Numbered from the whole stretch's first letter, positions 12,712 to 24,952 are shown. The stretch: DNA of 63,366 nucleotides, filler included, from Octopus bimaculoides (GCF_001194135.2; 5 parts of 5 records of this genome joined end to end with filler, not necessarily neighbours in it), one strand, 5' to 3'. Numbers and translations are program-made. The notes: generated by a model from the sequence alone, not told the origin.

Positions 12712-13442
12712 NNNNNNNNNNNNNNNNNNNNNNNNNNNNNNNNNNNNNNNNNNNNNNNNNNNNNNNNNNNNNNNNNNNNNNNNNNNNNNNNNNNNNNNNN
12801 NNNNNNNNNNNNNNNNNNNNNNNNNNNNNNNNNNNNNNNNNNNNNNNNNNNNNNNNNNNNNNNNNNNNNNNNNNNNNNNNNNNNNNNNNNNNNNNNNNNN
12901 NNNNNNNNNNNNNNATATATATATACATATGTGTGTGTGTGTGTGTTTATGTATACATATATATCTCTATGCGTGTGTGTGTATATATTAGTTTCTCAAC
13001 TACTACTGTATCTATGACAAATCAAGATTGAGAATATGGAAATGAAAGAATAATTAGTCCAGTAAAATTTTGAAGTTATAATTTCGTAGATTTCGTAGAA
13101 ATTATATACTAACTGATCAAACATTCTATGTTAATAGTAGACAATAACTCTTTGCCAAATGTGTGCGGAACTAGCTAAAATCCAACCAGATTCTGTCCCA
13201 GCTTTCGGTTGTCTTAAATATTTGTTTGAAATATTTGTCATTGTTAACACCAATCCACTTTCTAATATTAATATGTCTTTTTAGTATACATGCAACTCTA
13301 AGTTTAGATTCTTTTTTGAGATTTCTCGTATATTTATGAGTGTGGGACGCCATAGCCGTCATATATGCAACATATTTATTGTTTCTTCCATGGTGAATTT
13401 TTCATCAGTAAATTGCAAATGTTCATGAGTCTTGCTTTCAAG

Positions 13443-14380
13443 TAGGAGAGGGTACCCAAAAGAAAACGGAATTTTGCAATATTATTTCATTCATTAGTTT
13501 CATATGTTTACACGTTTATTGCCTCCGAAGTATTATCCATTTAAAGCAATACATCGGTCCACGCATTTCCTACTGCTCGAAGGAGACCTGGAACCCTTGC
13601 CAAGTGATGCCTTTTAACTCCTTCGTCGTTTTTTTCTTCTCCTCTTCCACATCTGCAAAACGTGTTCCTTGAATAACTAACTTTTTCATTCGGAGTAGCA
13701 AAATAAATAAATAAATAAATAAATAGAATAAAATAAAAGTCACAGAGAGTAACAACAACTTCCGACTGTTCTTTCAGTTCGCAACATGCATTCAGTCGTG
13801 ACCATTTTTGATCTGTGAGCAAGCGAAGCACAAATTTTGCTGCAAATCTTTTCATTCGGAATTCCTCGTTCAAAATTCGTAGGAAGGAGCTCCAGAACAC
13901 ACCAGTCATATCAACAAATTCATCAATTGCTCGACCACGGTACTCCAAGATCTGTTCATGAATTTTCGTGATGTTTTCACTCGTTCGGTAGGTCAACGGT
14001 GTCGGTGAACGAGAATGGTCTTCAAGTGACAAGTGACCATTCCTAAAGTGTGAAAACTACTGGTAAATTTGTACTTTGTACGTGACAGCAACCTTGTAAG
14101 CTGGCTGAAGCATGACAACTGCTTCGGGCGCCGTTTCCCCCAGCAGAAAGCAGAATTTCACGGAAACACGCTGGTCCATCGCTTTAGCCATCGCAAAAAT
14201 CGACAGATAAGGAACAAAACAAAGACACCGTAAGTGTCATTACGACTCCTCCAAACGATGCCGCTCGACAAACTGATGCCTAAGTGTTGAATCAAGTGAC
14301 TTCTAGCAGTGGAAGCCTAAACTACAACGGCCTTGTCCCACAGAGAACGTTTCCGGTTACTTTTGGGTAATTCATCGTAG
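13443..14380 (-). mobile_element. Internally deleted mariner-type (Tc1/mariner) transposon with both TIRs
   Basis: Imperfect TIRs (ta..agggtacccaaaagaaaacggaa versus reverse complement tacgatgaattacccaaaaagtaaccggaa) with TA flanks. N-terminal SLED.SRS...KRFAAKFVLRLLT and C-terminal GTRFADVEE..KKTTKELKGI are present. The catalytic core is absent, with (TAAA)n at 13700-13735 marking the deletion. Confidence 0.85.
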
Positions 14381-15116
14381 GTGGCTTTATGACATTTATT
14401 GTCAATGCTATTACTAAATAATTCCTGCTGTTCAGCACTTTCATAGGAAGCTTTAGATCATGTATTTCTTTTTCAAGAGATTACTTAGGGGAATGAGAGC
14501 CATGCAAAAGACAACTGATGATTACAGAATCACTTTTGAAAATGCTTCAGTTTATACAACTGTCTTCAGCTTTCACAGCATCTGCATCTGAATTCAATAT
14601 TAGAGTTTTCTCCTACAAAATTTATCTTGCAAATCAGGTTGAACGATTTCAGCTACAATCAAAGAGCAAGCAATAACATGTTTTAAAATTTACACAAATC
14701 TAAAATATTTTGACTTCTTACTTTAATATCTCGTATTGTTTTCGTTTCCCGTGAACTTATGAATCTATAGATTAATGATAATTATGTCGTTCTACCTGCC
14801 TGCTTCTCCTTTTCGTCCCCAAACAGTTTTTCTTTCATTTCCATGGCTCTTTTGAACCCAATTTCTAGAAATTAATGTCTATGATCATTTAATATTGGGA
14901 CCACATAAAAGTATTACTAGTACAACACGTACAGTTAATAACAACCACTCTAAAATAGAAAAGCAATTTATGCAACTAAGGTATACGATGTCGAGGTATT
15001 TATTATAATGATAGACATAAATACAATTCAGTTCTATATTTAAGAGATGAGGAATTATTAACATTATTTACATTATTTACATTTGACGGATATTTGTCCT
15101 CATCTTTTTTGTTGTT

Positions 15117-15162
15117 AACACAACGTTTCGGCTGATATACCCTCCAGCCTTCGTCAGGTGTC
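15117..15162 (-). ncRNA. Mirror copy of the hammerhead motif
   Basis: Reverse complement of 15321-15366 with one change in the stem II loop. Confidence 0.7.
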
Positions 15163-15232
15163 TTGGGGAAATTTCGAACCTGGGTTCTCATTCCTAACGA
15201 TGTTAAGAGCGCGGGCAGCGACCTGATTACTA

Positions 15233-15263
<31 letters not shown>

Positions 15264-15320
15264 TATAATAATAATAGTAACATCGTTAGGAATGAGAACC
15301 CAGGTTCGAAATTTCCCCAA

Positions 15321-15366
15321 GACACCTGACGAAGGCTGGAGTGTATATCAGCCGAAACGTTGTGTT
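15321..15366 (+). ncRNA. Minimal type I hammerhead ribozyme motif (PLE type)
   Basis: Stem I gacac/gtgtt, core CUGACGA plus an extra A, stem II ggctg/cagcc, GAAA, palindromic stem III AACGUU. Predicted cleavage after GUU at 15361. Confidence 0.7.
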
Positions 15367-16031
15367 AACAACAAAAAAGATGAGGACAAATATCCGTCAA
15401 ATGTAAATAATGTAAATAATGTTAATAAATACAATTCTTCGAAATATTGTCATTTGTTACAAAAATAATGACAGTAAGTTGGGATAAAATATGAAATAAA
15501 ACTGGACACACTTTCCTCTCTTCTGGCAAACTAGGGCCCGATTCCACTAAGTCATACCACGAATAATTACTATGCTTAATGGGCTGTCAAGGGACGTTTT
15601 ACGCAGAATGTTCACCCTTTCAAATCTAAACAATCTTATATTCCTATTCCATCTGATGTCATCAGGACCGGTTAAATATCATGTTCAGAAACATTTCGAT
15701 ATAGCCTTTACTTTCACATCTTAGGCGTGAAGCAGTCAACTTTGTTCCCAAGTCTATACTGCATATATTACAACCACGTGCTTTATCTCTAAAGAGGAAA
15801 AGATGAAATATCGTATGGTTGCACTCAATGGAGACTTCTTGGAAAATCTTAAAGCCACTACCTTTCACTAACTTCCAATAAATTGTTACTCATTTTAATT
15901 ATATTTCAGCATTGATTCAATCGAAGCAAGGTATCTACTTCTACCGTTAGCGACAGATTTCCCTACTATATACCAGTAATCACCTAGACAGAGGAACTGA
16001 AAACATGATTACGAAAGGACAATTTTTTAAA

Positions 16032-16437
16032 TTCTTTCACTTGGTTCTGTCATTTGACTACGGCCATGCTGGAGCACCACCTTAAGGGACTGATTCTTNN
16101 NNNNNNNNNNNNNNNNNNNNNNNNNNNNNNNNNNNNNNNNNNNNNNNNNNNNNNNNNNNNNNNNNNNNNNNNNNNNNNNNNNNNNNNNNNNNNNNNNNNN
16201 NNNNNNNNNNNNNNNNNNNNNNNNNNNNNNNNNNNNNNNNNNNNNNNNNNNNNNNNNNNNNNGTATATATATATACGATGGGTTTCTTTCAGTTTCCTTC
16301 TACCAAATCTACTCGCAACACTTTGGTCGGCCCTCGGCTATAGTAGAAGAGCCTTGACGAAGGTGACACGTAGTTGGACTAAACCAGAGGCATGTGGTTT
16401 GTATGCAATCTTCTTAGCACACAGCCACACGTGCGCC
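16032..16437 (-). mobile_element. tRNA-derived SINE, family A (split by a gap)
   Basis: Matches the head (tggctgtgtg.taag..gc..acaaaccacatg..ggtt.agtcc) and tail (gctccagcatggccg.agtcaaatgac) of the copy at 44391-44811. Confidence 0.75.
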
Positions 16438-19060
16438 TGTGTGTATAAAAATAGTTAGATACACTGTATTTGTAGATTGTGAATTTAACTTGCTATATAG
16501 GTCATAAATCCCAGTATTGACTTATGTGCTGGATGTCTGTTGTTGTTTTAGCTCTATTCCGCCCTGAGAATATTTCATCCACCTTCAATCATCTGTTTTA
16601 AAGGGTATTATGTAATTTATGGTTATATTGACTACTAATGTTTATGGATCCAGTTTTGTTTTGTGTTGTAGATTGCGTTACAAATGCTCCCTTTTGTAGA
16701 CGTATGATAAACCGCTGCGAAAATATTGTGTTTATATGCTCAGTATAATAGTGAGCATGAAGAAGTTTACAGCTTCAAGCTTACAATCGAATTGAAAAAC
16801 AGAATTGTTTTACTTCTACTGTTTTGTCAAAAGAGAATTTCGGGAAAAAAGACAAAACTTAGGAGTGGTGATATATTACTACATTGCTTCCATGTATGTG
16901 ATGTTAGCTACGTGAAAGTAAGGTAAGTTTTGACTAGTCGATAAATTATTGACTTTTGTTGGAAGAGATATATCACGTTCAGTTTTTCTTTTTTCCGTTT
17001 TTGCAAATAAATAAGAGTTATTTCAAAACAATAATATACTATTTGTTCGGTTTATTTCTAATATTTCTGAACACTTTGGCTATGAAACCCACATGAATGT
17101 ATCCAGACACATAAACAAAGCGTGCATGACCCTCAAAATCCAATAACACAGAAAACAACACAAAACAACAAAACAAGATATGAAAACCGAATCTTATGCC
17201 ATATACATACATACATACGTACATACATACATACAAACATACATACATATATATACTTATACATATAACATACAGACATATATATTTGTATGTAGCATCA
17301 GTATGTATGTGTGTGTGTATATGTATATGTATATATTGGTATGTATGTGCATGATCATGGGACTATCTGTTTGAAGATAATCAATGATGCAAATCAGAAA
17401 ATATACGAACATGCACATCATGTCTTGCAGACTATTATCGATTCAATGTAATCATCAAATCTTTTTGCTCTCCACACAGAAAATATCAAAGAAAAACAAT
17501 ATGAAGAATAGAAATAGATTTCTTATACTACTGTGGAGTAAATACAACCTGGAAGAGTACACATCAATGATTTTATAGACAACATCAAAGTAAAGCAATG
17601 ACAGTAACTAGCAAGAGCAGATAAAGTATAAAACAAGGATAAGAATCAATGACTTATTGTAAATGGCCTCAAATTGATTTTCATGGTCACGGTGTAGTAT
17701 TGTAGAACGTATGACTACGATGCATTTTATAAAACATATATCGATCGCTCCAACTAACCAACCTACGATGTGTCAGTGTGTGTGTGTGTGTGTGTATGTG
17801 TGTGTGTGCGTGTGTGTGTGTGCGTGTGTGTGCGAGTGTCTGTGTGTGTATTTGTGTGTATAGTAATTTTGAAATCTGTCCATTTATCTTTATCTTATTT
17901 GTGTCATATTTTCATGTCTCTTCCTTTCTCAAAACGTCAATTTATCATCTTACTAATCGATCTATTGATATAGCAATCAATAGTCATCCGATTTATGTAT
18001 CTCGTCTATCAAAATATCCCAAGCTACATTCAGCTATTCACCAAATTGGTAACATATCACAAAATATATCCTAACCCTATTTGTTGTATTTATTTTTATT
18101 CACTTGCTTCGTCATCTTTCAGACTTGTGTCTTTCTATCTATATACTAGTATATCCATCTTTGTTCGTATGAGTGTATTCTATATATTTTTTTACCACGA
18201 GCTTATGTATTTCATTGGCTCGTTAGATCTATCTCATACAATGTACGCATGGGTGTATGCAATAAATTATATAATTATATTAATGCAGTGTATTCTTGCT
18301 GTTATTACAATTAGCAACAGGAAATCTAGGTCTGTTTGATGCGGAGCTAAGATAAGGAATAGGTAGTGACGGATCAATAAAATACCAGTTATATGATGTG
18401 TGTTGACACATGTAAGTTGCCTCTTGTTTTCTCTGAGAAGTGCATTAACTGATGTGGAAAGGAAGGTTGTTTATGGCGCTTGGCATAAGACAGGAAGTTT
18501 AAGCGGCAAAATATGTGATATATTACGTAAGGCATTGTTATCATAAGACCCGGGATCGCCCTGTGTCTAGGAATTGGCTTGCTAAACCTCTTCAGTTTAG
18601 TTTAATGTCGTTGTATAATTCTGAGAGGAATCTACTTAGACGTCGTAAATCTGGTGTAGATATGTGATTCTGTTTTCCTACACACATTTACGCACACACA
18701 TACACGCAAACACACACATACGCACAATAAACACACAGTTTATTGGAGACTGGTTGGAGTGTAGGAAGATCTGTGATACTGACATTCCGTAGAAGTTAAT
18801 AAAGAGTGAAGCACTGGTGATACTAAGATACCAGTTGAAGGATATAGAAGTAATCGCAACAATGAAATACCTCTTATCTCGATGAAGAGAAAGGAGATGG
18901 CATGCATATTCTTAAGTAGTTTCTGCACATTTTGCATGGAGACAAATTTTCTCTGACATGTATTTCCCATATTCTTTGGTTGTGTAAAAGTATTCAACTC
19001 ATATACGCATATATTACATACATGACTGAAGAAAAACTTTTGCGTTCTTCAACTTCAATA

Positions 19061-19432
19061 TCTTTTATGTTTTATCTTCTACTTGTTTCCGCCACTAGAC
19101 TTCGGCCATGCTGGAGCACCACTTTGAAGAAAAGTTAGTCGAATAAATCGACAGTTCTTGTATTTTGCTAAACCTGGTACACATTCTATCATTCATTATA
19201 GCTGAGCTGCAAAGGTAATGGGATGTAAACACGCTAACACATGTTGTCAAGCGGTACTGGGGAATACTCACAAATAAACACACACGCATATCCATCTACA
19301 AACTCCACTCACAAGGCTTTCTATCGGACCAAAGCTATATAAGAAGACACTCTCCCAAAGTGCTACGCAGTAGAACTGAACATGGAACCATGTGGTTGTG
19401 AAGCAAACCTCTTATAACAGAGCCACATCTGC
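19061..19432 (-). mobile_element. SINE family A
   Basis: Same head, body and tail blocks as 44391-44811, reverse complemented. Confidence 0.8.
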
Positions 19433-21379
19433 GTTTAAGGTATGTTCGATTTTTGAAGTACACTAATTAGGCTTTTTTAAAATCTCATTGATTATAATTC
19501 TCTTGATTTCGTTCACTCTGCTTTCTTTCAATCAAACTTTCAAATATCCGAAAGGCCTTTTGAAACTTGAACTTAGAATTTTGTTTGGCCATGTCTTCAA
19601 AAAAGATATATTTCGTAAAATGTGTTTATAAAAATTACTTCATGCATTGCTCAAATATATTCAAATAATATATTTATGATATAATCAAATATATTACTGC
19701 TATATTTATATTTCTTGTGAAACATAAAGATAACAAAATGCCAATAATTCAATGTTGTTTGATTTTTATCGTTTCTGGAATAAGAGAGTACCGTACCCTA
19801 TCGTTTTCTAAAATTCTTAAATTTATATAAATATTATTGAATGATGTATTTAACTACATTATCATAGAATAGACTTGAAAATTTATCACAATTATAATTT
19901 TAGTATATTCAAAGCATTAATATATGCGATTTATAAAATATTTCGCGAAATTGTAGGATCAGTAGTAAACATTCATAACAGAATATATTAGAAAACGTTA
20001 TTATATAACATCACATAACAATTGCTAGACACATAGATATGCTTAGCTTCTATGATTCGAGGGTAATTTTCTAGATAATTTTCAATTACATTTATATAGC
20101 TTATTGATTTTATTGAATTTCTTCCACATTGTCTGGGAAATAGAAATAGTCAATTTACCCTATACTGTATTATTTGATTAAATAACAAACATACAATTAA
20201 GACTATGAAAATATAAATGAATTAATCGGTATCAAATTTAATCATATATGAATTCATTCATACTGTAATATTTAATCACACTTGTTTGGCTTTCAGTATT
20301 TGAAATGACATTTCATTTTCAAAATATCACAAATATAACGTCTGTTTTACACAATGAGCAAAAAGATAGAATATTATTACTTTTGGTGACTAGGTCAACA
20401 CTTATTGACCTAAAAATTCAAGCATATATAAGATTTCGTTTATCAATAAAATTGTTGATATTACTAGAAAATCGTCAAAACGTTGTGATAATTATNNNNN
20501 NNNNNNNNNNNNNNNNNNNNNNNNNNNNNNNNNNNNNNNNNNNNNNNNNNNNNNNNNNNNNNNNNNNNNNNNNNNNNNNNNNNNNNNNNNNNNNNNNNAT
20601 ATTGATGGTTCTTCTTCGACATCAGTCGCAGAAGAACCTTTAATGAACACTAATACTAACACCAATTAACAAATTCCGGAAAAATTAATCAATGAGCTAA
20701 ACCAGTGTACGCTTGGGTGAAATACATCTCTGTGAAAAAGCAACCTCTTTCCATTCGAATCTTTATGCATGTATGCATATATGTATGTATGTGTGTGTGT
20801 GTGTGTGTGTTTGTATAATGCGTGTGCTTGTATAATATAAAATACACAATGTAATAGGACATAAAATATGTTTATAACTAGGGAGCACAGGAAAACTGGT
20901 ATAATTCAAGCGCAAAATATACATCTCTTAAGATTTGATTAGATTTCGAATATGATAATGTAAATGAAGTCCATTACAATTATACCGCATAATTCAGTAA
21001 AATGTACGTAGAAGATATTACATGCAATATAGATATTATCTTTTTCAGAAATAGACGATTTTTGTAGAATAAATTCAATAAAAATATTTTAAATGTTTAA
21101 AAATTTTACATTGCTAAACGAAGGACGAAAAATATAATTGGCGCACATTTCCTGTCAATTCTAAGTTAAGCAATGTTTTAATATTTATAATACACAGATA
21201 CACACATGCACCTTGAAATTACTACATTTGCACACGTTGGCAGACGCTATTTTAAACTGAAGGTATAACGATTATTCCTGACATTTCACATTTTATTGAT
21301 TTTACATTGAAATTAAGTAAAACAATATAATATTTATATGCGATATAAATTACGAAGGCTGCTAAAATACAAAAACCTT

Positions 21380-21937
21380 CATGATACATGGCTCGCTTTT
21401 CTTTGAGGGAAATGTGATAGGTGATGTTTATCTGCAAATACTTCCGAACTGGCTAATGGATGAGCTCATTCCAAGGAACATGAATACTTCATTTTTCAAC
21501 AGGATAGGGCTCCACCTCACTGGGAGCTCACTGTGCGGGCTTATCTCAATGACAATCTGCGGGGGAGATGGATCGGACGTGCTGGTGATGAAGACAATGT
21601 GCTGTTGCAATGGCCGCTATTTTCACCTGACCTGACACCTTGCGATTTTTTTCCTCTGGGGCTATGTGAAGGGCCTGGTTTATCCCCCAACCTCTTCCTG
21701 CAAACCTAGAGGAACTCGAGCAAAGAATCACTACCACAATGGAAACTGTTACCCAAGCTATTTGGGAGGGTATTTGGGAGGAGCTACACTACCGACTTGA
21801 CGTGTGCCGTGTCTCAGACGGTACGCATATTAAACATTTGTGAAATCGTTCATGAAATCCACATACCTTTGAATCTCTCATTCAAATTTCGAGGAATATA
21901 TCTTATGTTGCTCATATCAACTTTTTTGAAACACCGT
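21380..21937 (+). mobile_element. 5'-truncated Tc1/mariner transposon, DD41D (rosa/Visitor)-like with longer D-D spacing
   Basis: Reads FIFQQDRAPPHW...RWIGRAGDEDNVLLQWPLFSPDLTPCDFF(L)WGYVKGLVY...DGTHIKHL*. The right TIR-like end ttttgaaacaccgtata runs into (TA)n. Frameshifts present. Confidence 0.85.
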
Positions 21938-22098
21938 ATATATATATATATAGATAGATAGATAGATAGAATGATAGATAGATAGATAAATAGATAGATA
22001 GATATACACAGACACACAATCACACACACACACATACATACACATACACACATATATTAAATCTTCTATCTTCCATCTTCTGTCTCTCTCATTTTATA

Positions 22099-22518
22099 GT
22101 CGAAGGAGTGGGTGTACGGTAAGATCCTTGCTTCTCAACCACATGGCTCCCGGTTGAGTACCATTGCGTGAAACCTTGCGCAAGTGTCTTCTACGATAGC
22201 CTCGGGTTGACCATAGCCTTGCGAATGGATATGGTAGACGGAAACTGAAAGAAACCCGTCGTATATATATGTATTTATATGCATGTGTGTGTATATATAT
22301 ATATATATGTGTGTCTGTGTTTGTGTGTCTATATTTGTCCGCCCACCGGTTGGTGCGTTTACGTCCCCGTAACTTAGTGATTCAGCGAAAGAACCGATAG
22401 ACTAAGTACTAGGTTTACAAAGAATAAGTCCGAGGGTCGATTTGTTCGACTAAAGGCTGTGCTCCAGCATGACCTAGTCATATAACTGAAACGAGTAAAA
22501 GAAGAAAAGAATAAAGAA
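22099..22518 (+). mobile_element. SINE family A
   Basis: Contains caaccacatggctcccggttgagtacca..gcaagtgtcttctac..gtagacggaaactgaaagaa and an A-rich tail. Confidence 0.85.
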
Positions 22519-22994
22519 ATATATATATATATGTATATATATNNNNNNNNNNNNNNNNNNNNNNNNNNNNNNNNNTATATATATATATATATTTATTTAT
22601 ATATATATATATATATGCATGCGTGTCTGCTCATATAAGAGTGTATGTGTGTGCTTCAGTTTATGTATATGTGTGTGTCTTTCTTTTAGTTTTATTTAAG
22701 TTGAAACCAGTCGCCAAAACTCAGATGGAGAATCTTTGGATTGTCTTAGAAATCTTGACTCTACCCACAATAGATAGAAGTTGGAGAAAGTACATCAGCT
22801 TCTGTTTTTTAAACACAATATTTCTAGATTTTTGTGAAGATCTGTAAGTACGCATGAACAAACGACAATGTATTTTCAGGATACAAGAGTTGTAAGTTTC
22901 GCATTAATTCGCCATAAATGCACTTTTTACTTGGACACACACTCACACATACACACACGCACACACATACAAACTCATACATACACATATCCCC

Positions 22995-23305
22995 TGCTTG
23001 TTTCAATCGCTAGACTGCGGCCACCTAGACTGCGGCCATACTAGCCGCAGTCTAGCGGCGGTACTTATTTTTTAAAGCCTGCTACTTATTTTATCGATCT
23101 CTGTTCACGAATCGCTAGCCCCGAGACGTAAACATACTAGCACCACTCTTCAAACGTTGGTAGGGAACACACGCAGGCACAAACACACACGAACATACAC
23201 GAAAAACATACATAGATATATATGACAGGCTTCTTTAAGTTTTTCCCAATCACTAAAGAGGCTTTGTTCGGGCCGAGTGTATAGCAGGAGTCACATACCT
23301 GTGCC
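22995..23305 (-). mobile_element. SINE family A, partial, with rearranged tail
   Basis: Body blocks match family A. The tail is replaced by direct and inverted copies of ctagactgcggc (23008-23057). Confidence 0.7.
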
Positions 23306-23334
23306 TGTGTTGTATGCATATGTTTATATATATA

Positions 23335-23420
23335 CTAGCAGAAATACCCGGCTTTGCCCGGGTTAAAGAGAATAATGAAATCTAAAAACGCCGTCTAGAC
23401 TACGCAACCCTCAACTGTTA
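23335..23420 (-). mobile_element. Helitron-type 3' terminus
   Basis: Minus strand reads cccgggcaaagccggg-tatttctg-CTAG|T, that is a GC hairpin shortly before a terminal CTAG followed by T. The inner boundary is uncertain. Confidence 0.7.
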
Positions 23421-23634
23421 GTAGCTATGATACCATATTTCTACATTAATAACTCTCCAATCCATGCCAGCATGGAACATAGACATTAAGTGGAATGCCA
23501 GTCTCTCATCTAGGAGGGCCTTGAAATCAATGTTACCAACTGGGGACTATGTGTGTGGCAGTGATAATAAAAAGACCCAAAGGAGGTCTGCAACGAAGTA
23601 ATTTTACTCAACACTTTGCAAGTGAATCAGTGGA

Positions 23635-23734
23635 NNNNNNNNNNNNNNNNNNNNNNNNNNNNNNNNNNNNNNNNNNNNTTAATTAATTAANNNNNNNNNN
23701 NNNNNNNNNNNNNNNNNNNNNNNNNNNNNNNNNN
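23635..23734. other. Artificial scaffold join: 44 N + TTAATTAATTAA + 44 N
   Basis: Exactly 100 bp. The 12-mer places TAA in all six frames. The same construct recurs three more times. Confidence 0.95.
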
Positions 23735-23769
23735 ATATATATATATATATATATACATGTGTGAAGGTG

Positions 23770-24270
23770 CCTGTGAAGGTGCATAGAGAGTCAGGCTTAC
23801 AATCATGAGGTAGTGAGTTCGATTCCCGGACCGGGCTGTGTGTTGTGTTCTTGGGCAAGGCACTTTATTTCACGTTGTTCCAGTTTTTGGAGAGTGGTGT
23901 CGGGTATGCATGGGGCGGCTGCTGGTCTGGCCTTACACAAACAACCTTGCCCGAACTTCTGCTTCGAAGAGCAATTTTCTTGGTGCAGGCACGTGGCCTA
24001 GTGGTTACACTCACTATCGCCAGATCCCGATTTCCGACTCCTGGACCGAACGTCACATTATGTTCTTGAGCAAAGCATTTACATGCTCCAGTCCACTCGA
24101 CTGTGTTCGGGTAACCTTGCAAGAAAATAGCCTTCCGATCACAAGGAATAATGGTCTGCACGTCTACCCAGTGGGTTGGCATTATTCAAAAGCTGAAACA
24201 ATGCAAAGCGCAATGTGATCAGTGATGTATAACAACATCCGTTAGTCCAGTCGATCACGTGATCGCGTGA
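23770..24270 (+). mobile_element. tRNA-derived SINE, family B (CORE-like), two heads in tandem
   Basis: B-box gagttcgattcc at ~23818, then gtgttcttgggcaaggcactt (CORE-like block). A second head gtggcctagtggtta..ttcttgagcaaagcattt starts at ~23990. Confidence 0.7.
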
Positions 24271-24276
24271 TATATT

Positions 24277-24410
24277 CTTTTACTTGTTTTTGACTGCGGC
24301 CATGCTGGGGCGCCGCTTTGAAGAATTTTGGTCGAATGAATCAATTCCAGTGTATTTTATCTTTTAAGCCTGGATTGTTTAATCTATCGGATCTCTTTTT
24401 GCTCGAACAA
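24277..24410 (-). mobile_element. SINE family A, 3' fragment
   Basis: Contains ttttacttgttt..tgactgcggccatgctggggcgccgc. Confidence 0.7.
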
Positions 24411-24655
24411 TTTACTTATGTCAATGGAGAGGAAGAAGTAGAGTCAATACAGAAGATCAGCTTCGGTAACAATTAATCTAAAGAAAAGTTTGTGGACTTT
24501 TGATAAGATGAATGGACATAAGTAATATAATATCTAATGTATTGGATTCTTGTTTTTCAGCAGGAGGTAAAGAGAGACGAAGGCGTTGTTGGCTCGGATG
24601 TAGGCATTAAATGCATAAATAACTACAAATCATCTATTCTCTGTTAAAAACCGTA

Positions 24656-24714
24656 TGTAGGCGCTTCATCGGATGGAAATGATTAATCACATTCCACCCG
24701 ACGAAGCGCCTACA
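24656..24714 (-). ncRNA. Candidate pre-miRNA-like hairpin
   Basis: A 23-bp stem, fully paired on the minus strand with two G-U pairs. The 13-nt apical region starts UGUG and the lower stem can be extended. Confidence 0.4.
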
Positions 24715-24921
24715 CAGGCCTGTTGCTGAAAAATATTCCAATATATTATAATAATTATAATAAAAAGAGCTTGTATAATGGTATATGAATATAAACTCAG
24801 CAATTTAAAGATGGTGCGCTGTACAGATACAAACACGGTGATCTATTATAAAAGCCTAATATCTTCCATCCCCATGTTATATTATATTATTCTTATACGT
24901 TTGTATGTATACATGAAATTA

Positions 24922-24952
<31 letters not shown>

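Larger units (their letters stand above)
15055..15428. repeat. 151-bp inverted repeat (15055-15205 / 15278-15428) of a PLE pseudo-LTR-like sequence around a (TAA)n spacer
   Basis: The arms are reverse complements with one mismatch seen (gggtata vs gtgtata). Each arm carries a hammerhead core. Confidence 0.92.

Noticed and set aside
15662-15788. Minus-strand polypyrimidine acceptor followed by DKARGCNICSIDLG...
   Set aside because: No convincing donor and no recognisable motif.
16672-16922. Acceptor-like ttgtag and perfect AAG|GTAAGT donor; another AAG|GTAAGT at 11153
   Set aside because: All three frames have stops, and a 9-mer like this is expected by chance about once in this much AT-rich DNA. 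A non-coding exon cannot be excluded.
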